Positions 1 through 9,259 of a stretch of DNA of 64,000 nt are shown piece by piece. The stretch spans positions 81,017 through 145,016 of the forward strand of contig WRGR01000044.1 in NCBI GenBank assembly GCA_009787085.1, given 5' to 3'. The notes under the pieces are model-generated. The model had not been told where the DNA came from, made no database searches, and was given only the letters and a program-made list of their open reading frames with translations. Source of the DNA: Actinomycetes bacterium (GTDB taxonomy: Bacteria > Actinomycetota > Coriobacteriia > Coriobacteriales > UBA8131). The position numbers and the translations under genes are program-made. Each line of letters begins with the position of its first letter. Position 1 is the first letter of the stretch.

Positions 1-632
1 TCCAAACCGCTGACCCAAGGGCTATGGCCGTCGACCACCTGTCGGCGGCCATAGTCGATGCTGGTGATCTTGTCCAGTATAGCGCCGTCGCCAGCAATCA
101 CCCCGGGGTAAGCCATCATCTCGCCTAGGCCACGTACCCGTTCCTTGGCCATCAGCGGCTGGATGTCGATGGCATCCAGCCGGGCACCGGAAGTCTCGAA
201 GTCTGTGGCCGGCACGCAAGAGGGTATCATTATCCAGACATCCATCGGTAGATCAGCGCTGTCGGCCAAGATGAACTCGATGCCGGCCACGCCACAGACG
301 TTGGCAATCTCATGCGGGTCGGCTATCACCCCTAAAGTACCATGGGGTACGGCAGAGCGGGCGAACTGCGAGGGGCGCACCATGGTCGACTCCAAGTGCA
401 TGTGGCCGTCAATCAGGCCGGGTGAGACGTAGCGCCCGCTGACATCGACCTCGCAGTCGCCCTGGTAAGACCCAACAGCGGCGATCACGCCGTCCTGAAT
501 GGCGATGTCTGCGGATATGATCTCCTCAGTAAAGACATTCAGAACACGACAGTTCTTTATAACCAGCTCGGCCTGCTCCCGGCCGGCCGCAATCGCGATC
601 CGCCGCTGCAAGGTCTCTTTAGTCGCTGCCAT
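1..632 (-). CDS. ade: adenine deaminase, N-terminal ~210 codons (3' part runs off the window start)
   Basis: Absent from the ORF track because it has no in-window stop. My translation from the ATG at 632..630 reads MAATKETLQRRIAIAAGREQAELVIKNCRVLNVF..VSPGLIDGHMHLESTMV..IADPHEIANV..GLGEMMAYPGVI, matching the amidohydrolase HxH site and conserved adenine deaminase blocks. The start lies 1 nt from the stop of the upstream permease gene. Confidence 0.85.
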   Translation of the reverse strand, partial: MAATKETLQRRIAIAAGREQAELVIKNCRVLNVFTEEIISADIAIQDGVIAAVGSYQGDCEVDVSGRYVSPGLIDGHMHLESTMVRPSQFARSAVPHGTLGVIADPHEIANVCGVAGIEFILADSADLPMDVWIMIPSCVPATDFETSGARLDAIDIQPLMAKERVRGLGEMMAYPGVIAGDGAILDKITSIDYGRRQVVDGHSPWVSGL

Positions 633-633
633 C

Positions 634-2139
634 TTAGATATGGTAGACCGCCTGCAGGATGTAGTTGCCTAGGAACAACGCAGTGACCACCCAAGCCACC
701 ACATGCACCTCTTTGACTTTGCCGGTAACCAACTTGATGAGCACGTAGGAAATGAAACCGAAAGCGATACCGGTGGTGATGCTGTAAGCCAAAGGCATCA
801 TGACGGCAGCCAAGAAACAAGGCACGGCGATCTCCAGCTTCTTCCAATCAATGTCCGCAAAGGCCGACATCATCATGGCACCGACGACCACCAAGGCCGG
901 GGCGACAGCAGCGGAAGGCACCACGCCGACAACCGGTGCGAAGATAATGCAGATGGCAAAGAGTATGGCCACCACCACTGCGGTCAAGCCGCTGCGGCCG
1001 CCCTCGGCAATGCCCGCCGAGGATTCGACGTAAGTGGTGGTATTGGAGGTGCCGACAAAAGCACCAACTGTTGTTGCTGTCAGGTCGGCAACCAGGGCGC
1101 GGTCGAGGCGGGAGTTGAAGTTGCCACCTTCCTCGAAGCGCTTCCAGTCCTTCTCGTCGAAGATACCGCTCTTGCGGCCGGTGCCGATGAAGGTGCCGAT
1201 ACAATCGAAGATATCAGTGAGGACGAAGCCGACAGAAGCGGTGATGGCCAGCATCACCTTGGCCGGGTCCGACCAAAGCCCCAAGAAGTCGATCTTGAAC
1301 GCGGTCTCTTGGATACTGGTGATGCTTTTGACAAAGCTGTCCCCGGATATCGAGACGCTACTGAGACCGGTAAGCGCGATAGCTTGGCCAGTGGCATCCT
1401 TTCCCAAAATCCCGCTGGCATCGATGACGATGCCGATGAATGTTGTGACTAGGATACCAATAAGAATAGCCCCTTTGACCTTCTTCACCAGCAAGACAAT
1501 CATCAGAATCAGCCCGAACAGCCCGAGCAGCAAAGCCGGATTGGAGAAGTTGACCAGGGCTGGTACCGCCCCGGCACCAGCAACTACTGTGTCGCCCAGT
1601 GAGCCAGCAGGCCCGGCAATAGTTCCGGGACCGTCGAGTGCTGGCAGCACGGAGAGAAACGGGCCTTCAGCAGTGAACTTGAAGATGCCCATGTCCTTAA
1701 AGCCGATGTAGGCGATAAACATGCCAATACCACCAGAGACTGCGGCCTGCAGGATCCGTGGCATCACCCGGATAATTGCCTTGCGCAGGCCAGAAAAGGT
1801 GATAATGGTGTTGATGATGCCGCAGATCAGCACCAAGGCCAAGGCCTGCTGCCAAGTAAAGCCCATGGCGAAGCAAACCGTAAAGGTGAAGAAGGCATTC
1901 AAGCCCATACCCGGTGCCAAGGCATAGGGTACATTGGCCACAAAGGCCATGATCAACGTGCCGATTACCGAGGCGATGATCGTTGCCACAAAAACGGCAT
2001 CATGGGGCATGCCGGTCTGTGAAAGGATCATCGGATTCACGACCAAGATATAAGCCATTGTGAAGAAGGTCGTTAAGCCGGCGACCACCTCAGTTCGAAC
2101 ATTGGTGCCTAGCTCTTTCAAATGAAACACTTTTTCCAT
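634..2139 (-). CDS. NCS2/AzgA-type purine (adenine/guanine/hypoxanthine) permease
   Basis: 501-aa polytopic ORF. The N-terminus FHLKELGTNVRTEVVAGLTTFFTMAYILVVNP is typical of the PurP/AdeQ/GhxP family. SD AAAGGGG lies upstream. It sits directly upstream of ade. Confidence 0.85.
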   Translation of the reverse strand: MEKVFHLKELGTNVRTEVVAGLTTFFTMAYILVVNPMILSQTGMPHDAVFVATIIASVIGTLIMAFVANVPYALAPGMGLNAFFTFTVCFAMGFTWQQALALVLICGIINTIITFSGLRKAIIRVMPRILQAAVSGGIGMFIAYIGFKDMGIFKFTAEGPFLSVLPALDGPGTIAGPAGSLGDTVVAGAGAVPALVNFSNPALLLGLFGLILMIVLLVKKVKGAILIGILVTTFIGIVIDASGILGKDATGQAIALTGLSSVSISGDSFVKSITSIQETAFKIDFLGLWSDPAKVMLAITASVGFVLTDIFDCIGTFIGTGRKSGIFDEKDWKRFEEGGNFNSRLDRALVADLTATTVGAFVGTSNTTTYVESSAGIAEGGRSGLTAVVVAILFAICIIFAPVVGVVPSAAVAPALVVVGAMMMSAFADIDWKKLEIAVPCFLAAVMMPLAYSITTGIAFGFISYVLIKLVTGKVKEVHVVAWVVTALFLGNYILQAVYHI

Positions 2140-2219
2140 ACAAAAACCCCTTTCTCTGTAATCCGTGCCTTTTCTTACTACAAACTCCTTTGATTAAGCC
2201 AGCGTTGCGCTTTCCTATC

Positions 2220-2256
2220 AAAAAGCTTAAGCTCAGCCGTTGTGGGCTGAGCTTAA
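2220..2256 (-). terminator. rho-independent terminator overlapping the 3' end of the FAD-subunit gene
   Basis: Perfect 12-bp stem ttaagctcagcc / ggctgagcttaa (2227-2238 / 2245-2256) with a 6-nt loop. On the minus strand it is followed by a T5 run (2220-2224). Confidence 0.55.
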
Positions 2257-3069
2257 ACGCTCCACCAAGAAATCCTCGATCAGGTTCAGACAAACAAGCT
2301 TGCGGTATTCGGCAGAAACTCGACCCCTGATCGGCTGAATGGCGGCTTGCCAAGCCTGAAGGTAGTCGGGCAAGGCAGCCTTAGCCTCACTGAAGGTCTT
2401 GCCGATCAGCATGGCATCGATCTTTGGCCTACGCACCACGGTATCAGCCACAGCACCTAATGCCACCGCCAAATGGGCAATCTGACCGCTCTCGGCCGCA
2501 AACAGACCGGCAAAGGAAACCCGGGAGATGGCTAGGGCCTTGCGCGCCCCGACTTTGCAGAAACTGGCGCCCGCAAGCCAGCGTTTCGGCAGCAAGATCT
2601 CCACCAGCAACTCGTCAGCTCGGCGAATGGTGGTGCCACGACCCTGGTAGAAGTCAGCGATATCCACTGTCCGCTGGCCGCTGGCCGCAGCTAACACTAA
2701 CTGGGCATCAGCAGCCCAGCAGATCAAGGCACCGTCGCCCTTGGGGCTGGCATTGGCAATATTGCCGCCCAAGGTCGCCGTATTGCGGATCGCCGGGGCG
2801 GCTATCGAGGCCGCCGCCTCGCGCAGCAGCGCCGGTGTCAAATCGCTAGCCAAGATGTTACGGAAAGTCACAGCCGCCCCGATATGCAGGTACTGGTCGT
2901 CTTGGCTGATCTGCGTAAGCTCAGGGATGCGCTCTAGGAAAAGGAAGTCCCGCCCCGGTGCCTCGGAAACCATCAGGTCGGTGCCGCCGGCATAGGGAAT
3001 AAGCTCCTCTTCGGCCATTAGCCCTAAGGCCTCAGGCAGACTGGTCGGCATGTAGTTGGCTTTCACCAT
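2233..3069 (-). CDS. xanthine dehydrogenase family, FAD-binding (medium) subunit
   Basis: 278 aa with PYAGGTDLMV and ATLGGNIANASP motifs of the CoxM/XdhB FAD_binding_5 fold. Overlaps the 2Fe-2S subunit gene by 7 nt. Confidence 0.85.
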   Translation of the reverse strand: MVKANYMPTSLPEALGLMAEEELIPYAGGTDLMVSEAPGRDFLFLERIPELTQISQDDQYLHIGAAVTFRNILASDLTPALLREAAASIAAPAIRNTATLGGNIANASPKGDGALICWAADAQLVLAAASGQRTVDIADFYQGRGTTIRRADELLVEILLPKRWLAGASFCKVGARKALAISRVSFAGLFAAESGQIAHLAVALGAVADTVVRRPKIDAMLIGKTFSEAKAALPDYLQAWQAAIQPIRGRVSAEYRKLVCLNLIEDFLVERLSSAHNG

Positions 3070-3539
3070 AGCCCCTCACCTTCCTCCGATGCCTCGACGA
3101 TGGCCTCGACGATGGCGTTATAGCCGGTACAACGGCAAAGGTTGCCAGAAATCGCGGCTCGCACCTCCGCATCTGTGGGTCGCGGGTTGGCCGCCAGCAG
3201 AGCCTCTGCCGCCAGCACCATGCCAGGAATACAGTAGCCGCATTGCACCGCCGACACGTCGGCGAAAGCCTTGTCCAAGGCTCGGAAGCGGTCAGTGTCA
3301 CGGTAGCCTTCGATGGTCGTAACCTCGCGACCGTCCACCGCGCCGACAGCGAACATGCAGCTGTTCACCAGTAGGCCGTCGATCAGGACGCTGCAAGCGC
3401 CACACTCCCCTTCTCGGCAGCCACATTTCACATCGACTTGGCCAAGGTCATCGCGCAGCACGTCGAGCAGCTTGCGCGAGCTGTCGCCTTCCCAGTTAAC
3501 TGTCTTGCCATTGAGTTTCAAGGTCAGCTGCGTCTTCAT
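3063..3539 (-). CDS. xanthine dehydrogenase family, [2Fe-2S] (small) subunit
   Basis: 158 aa with CREGECGACSV and CGYCIPG..CRCTGY, the two classical 2Fe-2S cysteine clusters. Overlaps the large-subunit gene by 4 nt. Confidence 0.9.
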   Translation of the reverse strand: MKTQLTLKLNGKTVNWEGDSSRKLLDVLRDDLGQVDVKCGCREGECGACSVLIDGLLVNSCMFAVGAVDGREVTTIEGYRDTDRFRALDKAFADVSAVQCGYCIPGMVLAAEALLAANPRPTDAEVRAAISGNLCRCTGYNAIVEAIVEASEEGEGLW

Positions 3540-5722
3540 TTTGCCAGCTCCTTTTGCCCAGCGCTGAGGTAGGCCAGCGATTCTTCGGCGGTCAGCGGAA
3601 TGTGGTTCAAGCCCCGGGTTGCCAAGGCCTGCTCGGCAGCGGCAATGAAGGCCGGAGCGATGCCCACTAAGGGCAACTCACCAGCACCCTTGGCACCATA
3701 AGGGCCGAAGGGGAACTCTTCTACATGCAGCTGGACATCGAGCTTCGGCACGTCAGCCGCACAGGGAATGATGTAATCGCTATAGCTGTGGTTGCGGATG
3801 CGCCCTGTGGAGTCGTAGGCCATCTGCTCCATCGCCGAGTAGCCCAAGCCCTGCAGCACACCGCCCTCCATTTGGCCAATGACGATCTGCTCATCGATCG
3901 GTGTGCCAACGTCAAAGCATGCCCAGCAACCGAGAATATCGTTTTGGCCAGTGAGGCTGTCAAAGCCCAGTTCCACCGCCGCCACACCCCAAGCAAAGGT
4001 CGGGTAGGAATCACCGTGAAAGGTCGGCAGGTCGAAGGGCAGCATGAAATCCGGTTCGTGGTAGTGCTCCTCGACGACCTGCTCCACACCATCCTGCCAT
4101 TGTTCTTTAAGCTGCACGGCAGCCCGCCTGAACAGTTCGCCGACAGTCATCAACGAGCGGGAGGCAACAGTGGGGCCGGAGTCCGGCACCAAGGCAGTGT
4201 CCGGGTTATGGTAGTTGACCAACTCCAACGGCAGGTCAAGCTCGTTGGCCACGATCTTGGCGAAGGTGGTCTTGATCCCTTGGCCGATGTCAGTGTTAGA
4301 CCCCAAAACCTCAACGCTGCCGTCCGCCAGTTTGCGCAGACGGACAACCGCCTTGATGTGGTCACGCTCACCGGCACCAGTAAAGCCAGCGCCGTGGAAC
4401 CAAAGCGCGATGCCGATACCCTTGCGCACCCGGCCGCTCTGAGGCTGGGCCCAGGCCGTGCGCTTGCTACGGAAGTCACTGGCCGCCATGACCTTCGCCA
4501 CCATTTGCGGCAGCGGTACCGGGAAATGGTAAAGGCCGCTGGTCGAGGTAGCATCGCCTTGTTTTACCAGATGTGCCAGCTTGAAGTCGATCGGTTCTTG
4601 GCCAAGGTCGGCAGCGATGTGGTCCAGCAAGCGCTCGATAGCAAAAAAGGTCTGCGGGGCCCCGAAGCCGCGGTAGGCGCCAGTAGGCACCGTGTGGGTG
4701 CGCAACGCCTGGCCATTGACCCGCAGGTTCGGCACATTGTAGACACCGGGGGCGGCGATGATGCCGCGTTGCAGCACAACCGGCGACAGGGTGGTGAATG
4801 CCCCGGAGTTGAACAGCACCTGAATATCCAAGGCAGTGACTTGGCCGTCCTTCACCGCCGCCTTATAGTGGCAACACGATGGGTGGCGCTTGCTGGTGAA
4901 CTCCATATCCTCGCGACGGTCGAAGACCAAGCGAACACTTTTGCCAGGCATCTTCATTGCCGCCACTGCGGCTTGGGCGGCGATGAAGGAGGGGAAGGCC
5001 TCCTTACCGCCAAAGCCACCACCGGTATAGTCTTGCTGGATACGTACCTGCGCAGCAGACAGGCCGCAGGCCTTGATCACTGCCGCCTGAACATAGTAGG
5101 GGCATTGCAGCGAGCCGTGCACCGTCAACTGGCCGTCTTGGAAGCAGGCGATCACGCCTTGGGTTTCCAAATAGGCTTGTTCTTGGTAGGGTGTTTGGAA
5201 ATCCTCTTCATAGATCTTGTCGGCGACGGCGAAGGCCGCATCGATGTCGCCTTTGTGGTAGTGATAGTCGAAGAAGACCTTGTCTGAGTCATGGATGTCA
5301 AGTATCGCTGGCAGCTCTCTGTAGTCGATTACCGTGGCCGCTACCAGCTGGTCGACAAGCGCCGGATCAGGGCCTATGATCATGGCCACTGGGTCGCCGA
5401 TGAACATTACCTCATCGGCCTCAAACACCGGGGAATCATCCTCAACAACATGCACAATGTTCTCACCGGGAACATCGGCAGCATCAACTTTGTAATAACC
5501 TTCTGGAAAACGGGGGTAGTGAATCGCCTCGATACGGGCATGGGCGTGTGGTGATCTGACCAAACGAGCACATAATGCCCCTTGCTGAGTAAAGTCTCCT
5601 ACGTAGAGCGCAGTTCCATCAATCTTTTCCCTGTGATCTTTCTTCATCACATGCTGGGAAATTTGGTGCATAGGCCACCTCTTTTCTGTCGCAATACCGT
5701 CCTCTTCATCTCCTTTGAGCAT
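3536..5722 (-). CDS. xanthine dehydrogenase family, molybdopterin-binding (large) subunit
   Basis: 728-aa ORF with the a/b-hammerhead region, then GGGFGGKE and GAGELP blocks. The likely true start is Met18 at 5671, preceded by AAGAGGTGG. Substrate cannot be read from the sequence. Confidence 0.9.
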   Translation of the reverse strand: MLKGDEEDGIATEKRWPMHQISQHVMKKDHREKIDGTALYVGDFTQQGALCARLVRSPHAHARIEAIHYPRFPEGYYKVDAADVPGENIVHVVEDDSPVFEADEVMFIGDPVAMIIGPDPALVDQLVAATVIDYRELPAILDIHDSDKVFFDYHYHKGDIDAAFAVADKIYEEDFQTPYQEQAYLETQGVIACFQDGQLTVHGSLQCPYYVQAAVIKACGLSAAQVRIQQDYTGGGFGGKEAFPSFIAAQAAVAAMKMPGKSVRLVFDRREDMEFTSKRHPSCCHYKAAVKDGQVTALDIQVLFNSGAFTTLSPVVLQRGIIAAPGVYNVPNLRVNGQALRTHTVPTGAYRGFGAPQTFFAIERLLDHIAADLGQEPIDFKLAHLVKQGDATSTSGLYHFPVPLPQMVAKVMAASDFRSKRTAWAQPQSGRVRKGIGIALWFHGAGFTGAGERDHIKAVVRLRKLADGSVEVLGSNTDIGQGIKTTFAKIVANELDLPLELVNYHNPDTALVPDSGPTVASRSLMTVGELFRRAAVQLKEQWQDGVEQVVEEHYHEPDFMLPFDLPTFHGDSYPTFAWGVAAVELGFDSLTGQNDILGCWACFDVGTPIDEQIVIGQMEGGVLQGLGYSAMEQMAYDSTGRIRNHSYSDYIIPCAADVPKLDVQLHVEEFPFGPYGAKGAGELPLVGIAPAFIAAAEQALATRGLNHIPLTAEESLAYLSAGQKELAK

Positions 5723-5965
5723 CTATTTCAATTTATCGTCAAAACACCTATTACAACAAATATACTTCATTGGCAACAGTAAAGCTACAGCAAATTGCTA
5801 TTTGTTTGTGCCAACCACCTAAATGTTTGTCGTTAACACCCATTTACCCCCAGAAAAGCGCCAATCGATGCCGCCCGTCATTGCAAGGTCGTGGTTAGGT
5901 CGGTGCTTCCCTAGGGAGACACGGTTAGATCGGCGTTTTTTTGAAAGATGCCTTACAATAAAACA

Positions 5966-6342
5966 GGCTGCAGCGGGACATATGGCCGCGCAACTTGGCT
6001 TTGCGCCGGGTTGTGAGGAAAGTCCGGACTCCATAGGGCAGGATGCCAGCTAACGGCTGGGCGGGGCGACCCGACGGAAAGTGCCACAGAAAAGAAAACT
6101 CCCCCAAGGCACCAAAGCTGTGCTTTCGACGCTTTGGGAGAAAAGCTGAAACGGTGTGGTAAGAGCGCACCAGCGTCGTGGAGACATGGCGGCTTGGCAA
6201 ACCCCATCCGGAGCAAGGGCAAATAGGAGCGTAGACGTTGGCCCGACGGGCGCTCGGGTTGCCTGCAAGAGTGCGGCGGTGACGCCGCTCCCAGATAAAT
6301 GGCCGTACTAGACAGAATCCGGCTTACCGGCCCGCTGCAGTA
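5966..6342 (+). ncRNA. rnpB: RNase P RNA, bacterial type A
   Basis: Universal cores GAGGAAAGTCCGGACTCCATAGGGCAGGATGCCAGCTAACGG, GGTAAGAGCGCACC, CCGGAGCAAGGGCAAATAGG and ACAGAATCCGGCTTAC. P1 pairing joins ctgcagcggg (5968-5977) to cccgctgcag (6331-6340). End coordinates are good to a few nt. Confidence 0.96.
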
Positions 6343-6391
6343 CCCCGGAAAACCTAGGAGTACAAGGGGACAGTCATTCTCTGCTTCCTGC

Positions 6392-6424
6392 AAAGGCCCA
6401 CCTGCGTGATGCAGGTGGGCCTTT
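6392..6424. terminator. GC-rich hairpin between convergent rnpB and fdhA
   Basis: 14-bp stem aaaggcccacctgc / gcaggtgggccttt with a 5-nt loop. No clear U-tract on either strand. Confidence 0.5.
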
Positions 6425-6449
6425 GAACTTATCCACAACTGACTTTGAG

Positions 6450-9182
6450 TCAGGCTTTGCTGACCTTGACTGCGCAGACCTTGAACTCCGGTATCCGGGC
6501 AATGTCGTCGATCACGGGGTTGGTCACCTTGTTGACGTTGCCGTCGGGGAAATGGAAAGTCATGAACACCTCGTGGGGGTTGACCTTCTCGGCAACGCGG
6601 GCGGTCGTCACCAGCTCGCCGCGGCGGGAGGCCACGCGCACTCGGTCGCCGTCCTTGACACCCAAGGCCTGGGCATCCACCACGTGCATCTCGATATAGG
6701 AGCTGGGGGCAATGGCGTTGATACCCTCTGTCCGGGCAGTCATCGCTCCGGCGTTATAGTGGTAGAGCATCCGTCCGGTGACCATGGCCAGCGGGTAATC
6801 GGCATCCGGAAGCTCGGCCGCCGGCTTGTAGACTGCCGGATAGAACAGGCCTAAGCCCCTGGTGAACTTGCCGATATGCAAAATCGGCGTCCCCGGGTGG
6901 CCAACTTCGGGGCATGGCCATTGCACAAGCTCGCCAGCATCGATGCGCTCGTGGCTGATGCCGGTGAAAGACGGCGTGAGCGAGGATATCTCCTTCATCA
7001 CGTCGCTGGCGCTGTCATAGTGGCAGGGGTAGCCCATCCGGGTCATTACGTCGCAGAGGATATCGGTATCCGGACGCATCTCCCCTTCCAGCTCCACGGC
7101 CTTGCGCACTCGCAGCACCCGGCGCTCGGTGTTGGAGAAGGTGCCTTCCTTTTCGGTGTAGCTCACACCGGGCAGCACGACATCGGCGTATTTGGCAGTT
7201 TCCGTCAGGAACAGCTCCTGGATGACGAAGAACTCCAGGCTCTCCAAGCACTCTACGACATGCCTGGTGTCCGGGTCGGTGACCACCGGATCCTCACCCA
7301 TGATGTAGAGGCCCTTGATCTTGCCTTCCTTGGCGGCCGGCAGGGCTTGGGTGGCCATCAGGCCGACACTGCGGCTGAGCTTGGTGTTCCAAGCCTTCTC
7401 GAACTTCTCCACTACCTCATCTTTGGCCACTGGCTGGTAGCCCGGGAAGTTGTTGGGCAAAGCCCCCATGTCACAGGCACCTTGAACATTGTTCTGGCCA
7501 CGCAAGGGATTGATGCCGCAGCCGGACTTGCCAAGCTTGCCCACCGACATCGCCACGTTGGAGAGGCTCATCACGCCTTCGGTACCGGATGAGTGCTCGG
7601 TGACGCCGAGGCAGTAGATGATCGGCGCTTTGCCGGCTTTGGCGTACATCAGGGCCGCCGTGCGCAGGTCGTCGGGGTTGATGTTGCAGATCTCGCCGAC
7701 CTTCTCGGGCGTGTACTCCTCAACGATCTTGGATATCTCATCAAAGCCCTCGGTACGCTCTTTGATGTAGTCCATGTCGGCCAAGCCTTCTTTGATGATG
7801 ATATGCAGCATGCCGTTGGCGAAGGCGACGTTGGTGCCCGGGCGGAGCGGCAGGTGCAGTACGGCCTGCTCGCAGAGGTCGATCTTGCGCGGGTCGACCA
7901 CCACCAGCTTGGTGCCGTGTTGCACGGCCTGGCGGATCTGCGCCCCAACCACCGGGTGTGCCTCGGTCGGGTTCGAGCCGACCAGCAAGATCATCTCGAC
8001 ATCTTGGGTGATGTCGGCAATCGGGTTGGTCATCGCCCCCGATCCCAAGGTCATGGCCAAGCCGTGAACCGAGGCCGAGTGGCAAACGCGAGCGCAGTTA
8101 TCCACATTATTGGTGCCAAAGCCAGCACGCATCATCTTTTGGAACACGTAGTTGTCCTCGTTGGTGGCGCGGGCACAGCTGAAGCCGGCGATGGCATCCG
8201 GGCCGTTTTTCTCCCGAATCTCCTTGAACTTCTTTTCCACCAAGTCCAGGGCCTCATCCCAGCTGGCTTGGACGAACTCGCCGTTCTTCTTGATCAGCGG
8301 ATGGGTCAGGCGATCCGGAGAATGCACGAACTTATAGGATCCGAACTTGCCCTTGACACAGAGCAGACCTTTGTTCATCGGGCCTTCGGCGGGGTCGACA
8401 CCAACCACCCTGTTGTTCTTCACCAACAGGTCCATCTGGCAGCCGACACCGCAGTGGGGGCAAGTGGTGCGCACCTTGTTGACCTCGAACATCCGGTAAC
8501 TCTTCTTGTTGTCTTTGGATGATAACGCCCCAGTTGGGCAGTTAGAAACACAGTTGCCGCAAGACTCACAGATCGACTTGTCCCAAGCCAACTCATAAGC
8601 CGGGGTCATCTTGCCCTCAAAGCCCCTGCCGGTCATGCTGATGACGTTGCGTCCCTGCATCTCGTCGCAGACCCGGCGGCACTTGCCGCACATAATGCAG
8701 AGCTCGGGGTTGTAATTGAACAGCGGGTTGGACTCGTCGGCCTGGCCGGCGCTTGAATGCCGACCGCGGACGAAGCTGGTGTTCTCCAAGCCGTACTCCA
8801 AGGAGTATTCCTGTAACTTACAGGCACCGTTGCGAGCACAGCTGAAACAGTTCACTACGTGGTTGGACAGCAAGAGGTCCAACACAAAGCGGCGGGACTG
8901 CTCGACGCGCGGCGAGCGGCTGAGAACCTTCATCCCCTCGGCACAATGCTCCGAGCAGGCTGGTATCAGACCGCCTTTGCGTCCGCCCTCGATCTCCACT
9001 ACGCAGATCCGACAGGCACCGTAAGGTGTGAGGTCCTTCAGATGGCAAAGCGTCGGGATCTCGATGCCCAGGGTTGCGGCAGCTTCCAGAATGGTTGTTC
9101 CCTCCGTTACTTGAACGGGCTTACCATCGATTTCCAGGTTTATGGTCTTCACGGCACTTTCCTTTGCTTCTAAAACCGGCAT
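6450..9182 (-). CDS. fdhA: formate dehydrogenase catalytic subunit (NuoG-like Fe-S N-terminus fused to a molybdopterin domain), Cys-type
   Basis: 910 aa. N-terminal 2Fe-2S and 4Fe-4S motifs (CRICVVEIEG, CIMCGKCRRVC, CESCGNCVSNCP), then TTCPHCGVGC and the active-site block NCARVCHSAS. The catalytic position is a Cys codon, not TGA. Confidence 0.9.
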   Translation of the reverse strand: MPVLEAKESAVKTINLEIDGKPVQVTEGTTILEAAATLGIEIPTLCHLKDLTPYGACRICVVEIEGGRKGGLIPACSEHCAEGMKVLSRSPRVEQSRRFVLDLLLSNHVVNCFSCARNGACKLQEYSLEYGLENTSFVRGRHSSAGQADESNPLFNYNPELCIMCGKCRRVCDEMQGRNVISMTGRGFEGKMTPAYELAWDKSICESCGNCVSNCPTGALSSKDNKKSYRMFEVNKVRTTCPHCGVGCQMDLLVKNNRVVGVDPAEGPMNKGLLCVKGKFGSYKFVHSPDRLTHPLIKKNGEFVQASWDEALDLVEKKFKEIREKNGPDAIAGFSCARATNEDNYVFQKMMRAGFGTNNVDNCARVCHSASVHGLAMTLGSGAMTNPIADITQDVEMILLVGSNPTEAHPVVGAQIRQAVQHGTKLVVVDPRKIDLCEQAVLHLPLRPGTNVAFANGMLHIIIKEGLADMDYIKERTEGFDEISKIVEEYTPEKVGEICNINPDDLRTAALMYAKAGKAPIIYCLGVTEHSSGTEGVMSLSNVAMSVGKLGKSGCGINPLRGQNNVQGACDMGALPNNFPGYQPVAKDEVVEKFEKAWNTKLSRSVGLMATQALPAAKEGKIKGLYIMGEDPVVTDPDTRHVVECLESLEFFVIQELFLTETAKYADVVLPGVSYTEKEGTFSNTERRVLRVRKAVELEGEMRPDTDILCDVMTRMGYPCHYDSASDVMKEISSLTPSFTGISHERIDAGELVQWPCPEVGHPGTPILHIGKFTRGLGLFYPAVYKPAAELPDADYPLAMVTGRMLYHYNAGAMTARTEGINAIAPSSYIEMHVVDAQALGVKDGDRVRVASRRGELVTTARVAEKVNPHEVFMTFHFPDGNVNKVTNPVIDDIARIPEFKVCAVKVSKA

Positions 9183-9259
9183 TTGACTACCTCCGATATC
9201 TTTTGATAACAGCTAGCATCTGTTCAGCCAGCATCCATGTGACACAGGTCGTTTGTCCT

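Noticed and set aside
2140-2232. A purine riboswitch upstream of the purine permease or of the XDH-family operon (5672-5965).
   Set aside because: No three-way-junction core resembling the guanine/adenine aptamer (TATAAT..GGG..CTACC-type conserved loops) is visible in either leader.
3725-5287. Very long ORFs antisense to annotated genes, for example 3725..5287 (+), 19873..20826 (+), 21196..22149 (+), 57933..58910 (+) and 60690..61841 (+).
   Set aside because: Each lies opposite a gene with strong family motifs. Their translations are Arg/Gly/Ala/His-rich low-complexity strings without motifs or SD sites. This is the expected stop-codon-poor mirror-frame artefact of high-GC DNA.
5866-5945. 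An imperfect long-range pairing (cgccaatc / gatcggcg) followed by a T7 run just upstream of rnpB; considered as a small RNA or terminator.
   Set aside because: The stem has a mismatch and encloses about 60 nt with no convincing internal structure. No plus-strand gene precedes it. The T-run may simply be an UP-like element of the divergent rnpB and xdh promoter region.
6450-9182. Possible selenocysteine (in-frame TGA plus SECIS) in the formate dehydrogenase.
   Set aside because: The ORF is uninterrupted and the catalytic position reads NCARVCHSAS with a Cys codon. No in-frame TGA is needed.
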